Below the pieces are notes generated by a model. That model saw only the letters and a program-made list of their open reading frames with translations, had not been told where the DNA came from and did no database searches. From NCBI RefSeq assembly GCF_006345805.1, contig NW_021825453.1:1-15582 (forward strand): a DNA stretch of 15,582 nucleotides, given 5' to 3'. Made by a program: the position numbers and the translations under genes. Every line of letters begins with the position of its first letter. Within the stretch, counting starts at the first letter, position 1. This DNA is from Octopus sinensis (lineage: Eukaryota). This document shows, in pieces, positions 1 through 8,596 of the stretch.

Positions 1-20
1 GTTAGAGAACATATTTATTT

Positions 21-100
21 ATATAAAATTAATTAAGGGTAGAATTGATATTTATCATTAAGACCAGTGGTCTAGCATATTATAAAAAGAATCCGAAGGT
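21..100. mobile_element. Truncated terminus related to the hammerhead-repeat family
   Basis: Three motifs, AATTAAGG (31-38), CTAGC (72-76) and AAAAGAATCCGAA (85-97), occur in the same order as in 4899-4984 (4899-4906, 4949-4953, 4972-4984). Starts from a TATA run. Homology is inferred from short motifs only. Confidence 0.4.
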
Positions 101-108
101 TAAATATT

Positions 109-438
109 TATATATACCAATTAAGGACTGAACACCAAAAGTGGACAGTCAACATGCTAGATATAGACGTCAAATCGCCATTCACCACAAAAGATTATGT
201 TCACAGATCAAACTCAGCACAAAACCATAGCAATAAACAAGTGAAAAATATACGAAATAAAACTAATTAGTACATGGGTAATTATTTTATTTCGTATATT
301 TTTCACTTGTTTATTGCTATGGTTTTGTGCTGAGTTTGATCTGTGAACATAATCTTTTGTGGTGAATGGCGATTTGACGTCTATATCTAGCATGTTGACT
401 GTCCACTTTTCGTGTTCAGTCCTTAATTGGTATATATA
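109..438. repeat. Near-perfect palindrome (fold-back element), arms about 160 bp, 9-nt spacer
   Basis: 109-269 is the reverse complement of 279-438 except for one substitution (aacacCaaaa vs aacacGaaaa) and one 1-nt indel next to the spacer GTACATGGG (270-278). Both ends read TATATACCAATTAAGG and merge into (TA)n. Confidence 0.97.
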
Positions 439-543
439 TATATATAATATATATATATATATACACATATACATTGTATATATATATGAGTGTGTGTATA
501 TATATGTATGTATGTATGTTTGTATATGTATCTCTCTCTCTAT

Positions 544-579
<36 letters not shown>

Positions 580-846
580 GTGTGTGTACACATATATAAC
601 GTAAAATATGTTTATAGACAATTGCGTTATACATATTGTACATATATGCATTAAGAATACACGTATATATACATACATATGCACACACACACACAAACAC
701 GCACATATATACACATATGCATACACGCACTGACATACACGCAGATATATACTCACATATGCACACACGCACAACATACACATATCACGCACGCACACGC
801 ACACACACACACGCACACACACCACGCACGCACTCAGACACACATG
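439..846. repeat. Compound (TA)n/(TG)n/(CA)n/(CACG)n microsatellite
   Basis: Read directly from the sequence. Confidence 0.95.
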
Positions 847-900
847 CGTTACTCGAAATTCAGTTGCAGAATCATATATATCTATTAATGTGTCAATCAA

Positions 901-903
901 TCC

Positions 904-981
<78 letters not shown>

Positions 982-1037
982 TTATCTGTCTGTCTATCCA
1001 TCCATGCATCCATCTATCCTTCCGTCTGTCTGTCTGA

Positions 1038-1102
<65 letters not shown>

Positions 1103-1161
1103 CATCCATCTATCTATCTATCTATATATATATATACATATATATTATATATATAATATAT

Positions 1162-1205
<44 letters not shown>
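901..1205. repeat. (TATC)n tetranucleotide array followed by (TA)n
   Basis: (TATC)n with TCCA/TGTC variants at about 901-1124, then (TA)n to about 1205. Confidence 0.97.
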
Positions 1206-1211
<6 letters not shown>

Positions 1212-1694
1212 CATTTTTTAATCGGCAGAAGTTACAGAGTAACTCAAGGACCGAGAGTTTCGTGTATATGTAATGTACGCGATCTGTCCCAAAAGAAACC
1301 GAACCTTTTTCAAACAGCACGCCAACAGACCGGCGCAGCGTTCTTACAACAACAGAAGGGCTGTGTATGGGCGACCTCTGTGTTCAGTCTAAAAATAACA
1401 ATAGCACACGACGTTTGTTAATCATTGATCAATACATGATAGGATGAAAGTATGTTTCGATCAGCTGGCAAAAGTGAACTATCAATTATTTAGGAAGAGC
1501 AAACGTGTTTCGTGAAATTCCTTTTCAAAGTGAAGAAAACTTTCTCGAAAACATTTTAAAGTTTGCCACGGGTTTATTTGGAGGATTGCTTGGACACGTG
1601 TTCATCCAACTTACCAACATGTGTGTGCATGTTTATATATATATATCAATGTGCGCATTTGTATGTATATGCATATATGTATATGTTTTTTGAT

Positions 1695-1914
1695 TCCTTT
1701 ATTTGTTTCATTCATTTGACTGCGGCCATACTGGAGCACCGTCTTTAGTCGAACAAATCAACGCCAATACTTATTATTTGTAAGCTTAGTACTTATTCTA
1801 TCGGCCCCTTTTGCCAACTGTTAAGTTACGGGGACGTAAACACACCAACATCTGTTGTCAAGCGATGGTGGGTGACAAACACAGACACACAAACATTTAC
1901 ATACATATATATAT
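1695..1914 (-). mobile_element. SINE family A, 3' half (interrupted copy)
   Basis: Reverse complement matches the + strand copy at 10641-10901 (GACTGCGGCCATACTGGAGC vs GCTCCAGCATGGCCGCAGT; GTTGTCAAGCGATGGTGG vs CCACCATCGCTTGACAAC). Ends in the family's internal TA/CA tract. Confidence 0.85.
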
Positions 1915-2002
1915 AAAATTAACAGCTGTAAGACCTTCTCTTTATAAATGTTCTGAAATCTTTCCCAGCCTTGGATTTTTATCTCATTCTGTTAATTCTT
2001 TT
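1915..2002 (+). mobile_element. 88-bp fold-back mini-element with remnant 3' half of a hammerhead
   Basis: AATTAACAG (1917-1925) and CTGTTAATT (1989-1997) are a perfect inverted pair with (TA)n on both sides. AACAGCTGTA (1921-1930) reads as a palindromic stem III plus U-H cleavage site; the CUGANGA half is absent. Confidence 0.5.
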
Positions 2003-2152
2003 ATATATACACCTGCTGACATATGACCTACGTTAGATTTCTCATTCCATAATCACCGAACCTGGAGCTTAACTATAATCTGTCGATTGCACTTTGCATT
2101 ACCTGACACCTTCGGGTCTTCTGGACACCATTACCTCTCATACTCAATAAAT

Positions 2153-2268
2153 ACATACCTACATACATACATACATACATACATACATACAACATACATA
2201 CAACAACATCATACATACATACTACATATATATATATATACATACATACATATATATATATATATCAT

Positions 2269-2305
<37 letters not shown>

Positions 2306-2314
2306 TATAATATA
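2153..2314. repeat. (TACA)n/(TA)n/(CA)n microsatellite
   Basis: Read directly from the sequence. Confidence 0.95.
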
Positions 2315-4239
2315 GTGGGGCCATTGAATGGGGCCATTCAAAAAATCAAACTCAACCCCAAAGTGTTCTTTTCATTTGCGAGGAAACGCAGGGTCACTGC
2401 CTCATTGTTGGCCTCTCTAATTGATGAAACTGGCAACTGACAACTGGCTCCTCAATAATGCAATCCATGGCTGACTACTGCAGAAACAATACTGCTCTGT
2501 TTTCAGCAATCCTGATATGGCCGATCTGGGCTGTATCAGTGATGTCAACCCCCAACACACTATATCGGACATAACGTTTAGTGCCCCTGATGTCTTAGCG
2601 GCGATAAATGAAATAAAACACAATTCAGCAGTAGGCCCCGATAGGTTCCCTGCTTGTGTCCTGAAGGTGTGTCGACACCAACTTGCATCTCCCCTTGCTA
2701 ATCTGTGGAGAGACTCACTGGATGCTGGCTATATTCCAAAAAACTGTCCCAGTCTGTGTCCCAGTATTCAAAAAGGGAAACAAGTCCCTTGCAGTGAACT
2801 ACCGTCCGATCTCACTCACCTCTCATATCATCAAGGTATTTGAGAGGGTGGTGAGATCTCGAATAACCCAATTCGGAAAGCAACAGACGGCTGATCTCTA
2901 ACCAACATGGGTTCCGTAATGGAAGGGACTGCCTAACGCAGCTCCTGCATCACTTTGATGACATTTGAGAGCTTTGGGAGAGGGCCTCCAACACCGATTG
3001 TCATCTACCTTGATTTCAGTAAGGCCTTCGACAGGGTCGATCACAAGATCCTATTGAAAAAACTATCCAACATTGGGTGTCTCTGGAAAGTTACTGAAAT
3101 GGATCAAGTGTTTCCTGACAGACAGATTCAACATGTTGTAGTTGAAGGGGTAAAATCAAGCCCAGCCAAAGTCATAGTGGCGTTCCGCAAGGCACTGTGC
3201 TGGGTCCACTTCTTTTCATCATCTACATTAATGACCTCAATGACATCATCAAGCACAGCAACATAAAAATCTTTGCAGATGATTCCAAGCTACAGAAGGT
3301 TCATAAATGAGGCGAGTGACCGGACATGCCTTCAGTCAATCTACTGGCTGTTATCCAATGGGCAGAAAAAAACAATATGCTGTTGAACGAGGATAAATTT
3401 GAGTTAATCCACTTTGGAAAAGAGGATGCCCTGAACTCCCATACTCCCTTCCTTCAGGTGAAACTCTCGCGGCGTCCAACAACATCAGAGACTTGGGAGT
3501 AATTGTGGACAACAACATAAGCTGGGCCACTCATATAAACCCAAAGTTGACATGGCCCGCAGAATGTGTTCCTGGATTCTCAGAACTTTCCAGTCGAGAG
3601 ATATCCACACCATTATCCTTCTCTTCTCCACTTTTGCCCGACCCCACCTTGAATACTGTTGTCCCCTGTGGTCTCCCCACACAATACAAGTATCATAAAA
3701 GTTGAAGCACCTCAAAGGGCAATCACAAGAAAGATAGATGGCATGACAGGCCTCGACTATTGGGGTCGACTAGAAAAGCTAAAACTTTATTCTCTCCAAC
3801 GTCATCGTGAGCGCTACATCATCTGCATGATGTGGAAAATATTCCATCAGCATTGCCCAAATGATGTTGGCATCACCTTTAAGGTACATCCAAGGCTTGG
3901 GCCCCGTGCCATCCGCCCAAAACAAAAATCGCACTCTCATCTCATAACAACAATACGGCACAATTATTTCACCTCAATTGGCCCCGCTCTCTTTAACATT
4001 ACACCAAAACACATTAAAACAGAAACTGACCCTATAGGGTTCAAGAAGTCTTTGGACAGATTCCTTCAAGAAATCCCGGATAAACCCCCGGATATGTCTC
4101 TGTAAACAATAACTCTCTACTTGAGTGGGCCATAGTGCCCAAATTCTGACTTGAAAGACTTCACCAGGTGGTGCTATTAAGTTAGACATGGCCTGGACCA
4201 ATAATGGCCGAAACCTATCAAAGTATCAAAGTATCAAAG
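2315..4239 (+). mobile_element. 5'-truncated non-LTR retrotransposon (LINE, CR1/L2 group)
   Basis: RT motifs in order across frames: NPKVFFSFARK, AVGPDRFP, PVFKKGNKSLAVNYRPISLTSHIIKVFE, QHGFRNGRDCLTQLL (2903-), [35 protein letters not shown]...IFADD (3176-3283), DLGVIVD, RPHLEYCCPLWSP, YSLQRHRERY. About 90-bp 3' UTR ending GGCCGAAACC + (TATCAAAG)x3 at 4216-4239. No endonuclease domain. Clade assignment is from motif style and the tandem-repeat tail. Confidence 0.93.
2330..4149 (+). pseudogene. Frameshifted reverse transcriptase ORF2 remnant of the LINE
   Basis: ORF-track pieces 2087..2440, 2517..2843, 2683..2901, 2955..3266, 3493..3705 and 3659..4105 overlap consecutive RT segments. After a last frameshift at PDKP the frame reads GYVSVNNNSLLEWAIVPKF, stop TGA 4147-4149. 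Confidence 0.9.
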
Positions 4240-4270
<31 letters not shown>

Positions 4271-4285
4271 TATATATATATATAT

Positions 4286-4453
4286 GACGAGCTTAGCTTC
4301 TTTCAGTTTCCGCCTACGAAATTCACTCACAAGGCTTTGGTCGGCCCCAGGCTATAGTAAAAGACACTTGCCCAAGGTGCTACGCAGTGGGACTGAACTC
4401 GGAACCATGAGGCTGGTTAGCAAGCTTCTTACCTCACAGCCACTCCTGCGTCT
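4286..4453 (-). mobile_element. SINE family A, tRNA-derived 5' half (interrupted copy)
   Basis: Minus strand begins AGACGCAGGAGTGGCTGTGAGGT (A-box-like), then GGTTCCGAGTTCAGTCCC (B-box-like), then CCTTGGGCAAGTGTC, and ends GAAAGAAGC..CGTC, the motif that opens the copy at 10641. Confidence 0.88.
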
Positions 4454-4540
4454 ATATATGCATATACACACATATATATGTATATATATATATTATATTA
4501 TATATATATATATATATATTATATATATTATATATATATG
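4454..4540. repeat. (TA)n microsatellite
   Basis: Read directly from the sequence. Confidence 0.95.
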
Positions 4541-4668
4541 TTATATCTATATTGTATAAAGGGCATTATTACACATAAATGCCTCACACTAGGAGGGACA
4601 AAGTCATTACTACCAAAATTATACTAATCATACCCAATGCAGTTTTTCAAAGCAAGACATTTAAAAAT

Positions 4669-4738
4669 GAATTATGTTCTGTATCACGTGTGATTTCACA
4701 TACAACTTGCGTCTAATGATCGTCAGCAGAACTGATTC
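4669..4738 (-). ncRNA. Type I hammerhead ribozyme motif, copy 1
   Basis: Minus strand: GAAU-CA-GUUCUG CUGACGA UCAUUAGAC-GCAA-GUUGUAUGU GAAA UCAC-AC-GUGA UA CAGAAC-AUA-AUUC. Stem I GUUCUG/CAGAAC, extended by GAAU/AUUC past a 2x3 loop. Core CUGANGA and GAAA intact. Stem III AUCAC/GUGAU. Triplet AUA, predicted cleavage between 4682 and 4681. Stem II has mismatches, including U.U at its base. Confidence 0.85.
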
Positions 4739-5139
4739 TGAATACATCATAAATAAACCAACCTATGTAGCGAAGACGAACAGACAACTGTTCACTCCGG
4801 CCAAGCACATGGATGTTTATAAATCATATATCCGGTAAATGGCGGGCTTCTTACGAACTGCATGTCGGGTAATGAAAAGTATTTCGGATAAGTTTAACAA
4901 TTAAGGATAATCTCTTATAAGGGATCTTAACAAGAAATTATCGGGTAGCTAGCGTGAAAACCTCATAAAAGAAAAGAATCCGAAAATATTTTTTTCTTTT
5001 GAACAAATTATTATATCTATATTGTATAAAGGGCATTATTACACATAAATGCCTCACACTAGGAGGGACAAAGTCATTACTACCAAAATTATACTAATCA
5101 TACCCAAATGCAGTTTTTCAAAGCAAGACATTTAAAAAT

Positions 5140-5208
5140 GAATTATGTTCTGTATCACCGTGATTTCACATACAACTTGCGTCTAATGATCGTCAGCAGA
5201 ACTGATTC
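5140..5208 (-). ncRNA. Type I hammerhead ribozyme motif, copy 2
   Basis: Same as copy 1 except stem III reads AUCAC-G-GUGAU. Core TCGTCAG at 5190-5196 on +. Predicted cleavage between 5153 and 5152. Confidence 0.83.
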
Positions 5209-5390
5209 TGAATACATCATAAATAAACCAACCTTATGTAGCGAAGACGAACAGACAACTGTTCACTCCGGCCAAGCACATGGAATGTTTATAAATCCCT
5301 TATTAAGAGATTATTAAGAGATTATCCTTAATTGTTAAACCTATATATATATATGTATATATATATGTATGTATGTATATATATATAAAA

Positions 5391-5615
5391 GGCGGCGAGC
5401 TGGCAGAAACGTTATCACGCTGGGCGAAATGCGTAGCTGTATTTCGTCTGTCGTCACGTTCCGAGTTCAAATTCCGCCGAGGTCGACTTTGCCTTTCATC
5501 CTTTCGGTCGATGAATTAAGTACCAGTACACACTGGGGTCGATATATCGACTTAATCCGTTTGTCTGTCTTGTTTGTCCCGTCTGTGTTTAGCCCCTTGT
5601 GGGTAGTAAAGAAAT
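5391..5615 (+). mobile_element. SINE family B (tRNA-derived), left-arm type
   Basis: GGCGGCGAGCTGGCAGAAACG (A-box-like), GAGTTCAAATTCC (B-box-like), central GAGGTCGACTTTGCCTTTCATCC...GTACCAGT...ACTGGGGTCGA, tail ...GGGTAGTAAAGAAATA. Aligns along its length with 8765-8994 (-). Confidence 0.92.
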
Positions 5616-5782
5616 ATATATATATATATATGCATAAATATGTGCATATATATATATATATATGCATAAATATATGCATGTATATGTATATATATATATA
5701 CGCATAAATGTGTGCATATATATGCATGTATATGTATATATATATACGCATACATATATATGCATAGATATGTATACATGTA
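5616..5782. repeat. (TA)n-based degenerate repeat with TATGCA units
   Basis: Read directly from the sequence. Confidence 0.9.
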
Positions 5783-6904
5783 TAAACCTAAACACAGAAT
5801 GCGATAAAACCGTTCCAGCTTCACCATTCTTGATAAAGCTATCAACAGTCATGGCACAGTGGGCACCAGTCTAAGCGATGATGATAACTAGGTGTGTGTG
5901 TGTGTGGGGGGGGAAACAGAATGAATCCTTCTCTAAACGAAGACATCGTTATCACTCGCTTAACTTCTGTAGCGTTACATCGATGGATGTATAAAGTAAG
6001 AGACGTTTTTCTGTTGGCCCTTGTACTTTCAAACTAAGATATCTAGTTAAGTTATAAAATACAATTGCATCAATTGACAATGCTGTAATTAATTAATGAT
6101 TTTCAAATTCCATCGTTAGTTTTAACTTTTCAATCATCCCTGTCATATGACCGACTTAGTTCTAAGTCAAGTGATGTTATATGACTGGTTCGAATATTTT
6201 TCAACAATGCACCATTTTTCTTTTAAACTCGAAACTCCGAGGCTCTTCCAAAAATACTTTTTGACAGTGTCAATAATATACAGAACGGGTGGAGACTTCT
6301 AGGTTTTACAGATTTTGGCGTCAACCTGCCAGGCCTATAGGTAACGCCAGCCCTGGTTCACGGCTAAGAGAAACGGAAAACATTCAGTCGTTAGGTTGGT
6401 GGATCGGCAGAATCTGTAGAGTGGCGGATAAAATATTTCACAGTAATTATTTATTGGCCCTTATCTTGGTAAACCCAATGCTGCAGATGTCGACTTTGCT
6501 GTTTGAGCTTCTAGGATTAATTACTCTCCTTCTTACCACATTTCTGACAAGAATACACTTTAGTTTGTCTTTTGATTTACAAGAAATATGAAAGATTTAG
6601 TGAAATAACTAACTTGATTAAAAAACAACACTCTTTTAGTTATTGTTGATATGTTATCTTCCTTGTAATAATATTTTGGTCAAAAATTACTCAAAAAATA
6701 AATTCATACATATTGAAACCTCATCTTATAATAATACCATTTCAGGCAAATATATATATATAGCTTGATAAAATATAAATTTAGACACATTGATAAATGA
6801 TATCTTTTTTTTGTAATGATAATAATTTAAAGCCTGTAGATACTTAAGGTTACAGGTAATAAACCGCCACCCACTTAAATTCTACCAGGAATAAGAACGA
6901 ACCA

Positions 6905-6905
<1 letters not shown>

Positions 6906-6971
<66 letters not shown>

Positions 6972-7027
6972 GGCACACAGAGCTGCGCTCGGTAGTGAAG
7001 TGAAAGCACGCTATAAAAATAAAACTA

Positions 7028-7104
<77 letters not shown>

Positions 7105-7109
7105 TAATA
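6906..7109. repeat. Two (AAT)n arrays (6906-6970, 7031-7109) split by a 60-bp unique island
   Basis: Read directly. The right array abuts the 3' end of the minus-strand SINE at 7110, as its (ATT)n tail. Confidence 0.95.
6971..7030 (+). mobile_element. Possible extreme 3' end of a (TAA)n-targeting non-LTR retroelement
   Basis: 60 bp of complex sequence ending ...AAAAATAAAACTACTG then (AAT)n, embedded in an AAT array. Identity is inference only. Confidence 0.35.
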
Positions 7110-7320
7110 GTTTCAAATTTTGGCACAAGGTCAACAATTTCGGAGAAGAAGTAAGTCGATTACATGGACCCCATTGCTCAACGGGTACTTATTTTATCGA
7201 CCCCGAAATAAATGAAAAGCAAAAATTGACCTCGGATGAATTTGAACTCAGAACATAAAGACGGACGAAATGCCGCGAAACATTTTGTCCGGCAGGTGAA
7301 TGATTCTCCCAGTTCACTGC
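7110..7320 (-). mobile_element. SINE family B, monomer type, diverged
   Basis: On +: TTTCAAATTTTGGCACAAGG...GTCGATTAC...GACCCC...TGACCTCGG..GAATTTGAACTCAGAAC...GACGGACGAAATGCCGC, collinear with 8597-8764 and 8765-8994. Confidence 0.85.
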
Positions 7321-7636
7321 GTTTGTGAAGTGACGTAATACTGATTGTTAAAATCCTTGATGTTATTAATGATGAATTTTCTAAAGATACTAAAGATAAA
7401 TATTGCAGTTTTGAGCCCTAGCTGCAGCGCCTCCATAATGGAACATACTTGTGATGAAAAGCATAAATAATTTTTAAAACTTTAGATTACGTATATCCAG
7501 GATCATATTATCTTACGTATTCTTCCCCCTTTGAGATAATAAGGTGTGGTTAGGAGAAAATAGGGCTGCTGCTATTTATAGCAAATCAATTAACTACTCA
7601 GTAGATCTTCATTGTTGGATCGTCTTCAATATTTAC

Positions 7637-7783
7637 CTCCTCCAACCACTTTTGAAGAAATTGTGTTTCTTCAATCGAACAATTCCAAGTTTGGTTTTGT
7701 TTCCATTTCTTTAATAATTTTTTCCACGTACTCTTAATCATAAGTTTTCTCATGTTCACTAGTTTTAGTCTTTGCATGGATTC
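7637..7783 (-). CDS. Candidate 147-nt phase-0 internal exon (unverified)
   Basis: TTTAATCTAG|GAA acceptor, open frame ESMQRLKLVNMRKLMIKSTWKKLLKKWKQNQTWNCSIEETQFLQKWLEE (49 codons), GAG|GTAAAT donor. No recognisable family; could be chance. Confidence 0.2.
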
Positions 7784-8296
7784 CTAGATTAAATGTATTT
7801 CCGTTTTATTGCATCACATCTTAACTACTTTTTTTGATAAGATCTCCTTTTCGTTTTCGTGTTAGCATCGACTAATATTATTTACATCTATTCAGATGTT
7901 AGCTCAATGAAAACTGGTTTTGTAGTAATGTTCATGTCGGTAAGATTGTGAATTATACGTGCTTGGATTGTGAATTCAATTCCATTTGTAACAGGCATCA
8001 TGTATCGCTGCCCTGAAAGCATAATTGTTAATCATAGATGTACATAATTGGTATATTATTTGTATAATATAATTATTGTATTCATTGTTAAATGTTCTTT
8101 TTGTTTTCAATGAGTTTATTTGAACTGTTACAGGAGATGGTACCTAATTTTCAGCTTGAATGTGGAAAGCCAAGAATATTGTAGAATAAAATGTACGCTT
8201 CTGACAGATCTCGCTTCGATTTCTTATTGAAGCCATGTTAGTAATCAGATTATCGGTGAAGGGAAAATAAATGACATAACATCTTTAACAAAGGTG

Positions 8297-8420
8297 GGAA
8301 GCTGCATGGTCCAATGGTTCGACTCTTGATTATAAGCTTGTGAGTTCAACTCTTGGACGGTGTGGTGTTATTGTGCTTCTTTTTGAACAAGGCATTTCAT
8401 TTCGAGCTTCTCTACCCCAG
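8297..8420 (+). mobile_element. Degenerate tRNA-derived SINE head (third family)
   Basis: TGGTCCAATGG (A-box-like), GAGTTCAACTC (B-box-like), then TTTGAACAAGGCATTTCATTTC resembling the SINE central CTTGAGCAAGGCACTT motif. 3' boundary uncertain. Confidence 0.5.
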
Positions 8421-8596
8421 GGATGCTGGTGCTTTCCGCTCCTCCTTCTGCTGCCCCAACCCGGATGCTCTGCCATGTGAAGGGTTAGTGTTTGTCTGTT
8501 TGGGATCACATGGCTAATTAAAAAAACGTATGAAAGCATGACGTATGTTACCAAGTTATACTGACAGGCCAGTGACGGCTGGCTTTGCTTGAAATA

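Larger units (their letters stand above)
4541..5341 (-). mobile_element. Hammerhead-bearing partial tandem repeat (Penelope-like / retrozyme-like element) with inverted terminal tail
   Basis: 4541-4825 and 5011-5297 are near-identical direct repeats (offset 470-472), each with a type I hammerhead. 5295-5340 is an inverted copy of 4892-4925. (TA)n on both flanks. No ORF of note. Confidence 0.75.

Noticed and set aside
214-1320. Long ORFs rich in Y/I/C/V/H/T and YLSI repeats
   Set aside because: Translations of (TA)n, (CA)n and (TATC)n tracts and of the palindrome; no protein signal. The same applies to ORFs at 4188-4559, 5369-5874, 6850-7137, 10566-11132, 13176-13547, 13817-14323 and 14517-14702.
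4541-5341. CRISPR-like or prokaryotic interpretation of the repeats
   Set aside because: Repeats are about 285 bp and only two, with no repeat-spacer periodicity or cas-like ORFs. The whole window is eukaryotic in character.
6289-6591. 100-aa ORF in unique sequence
   Set aside because: GTG start, no recognisable domain, no convincing splice sites. Compatible with chance.
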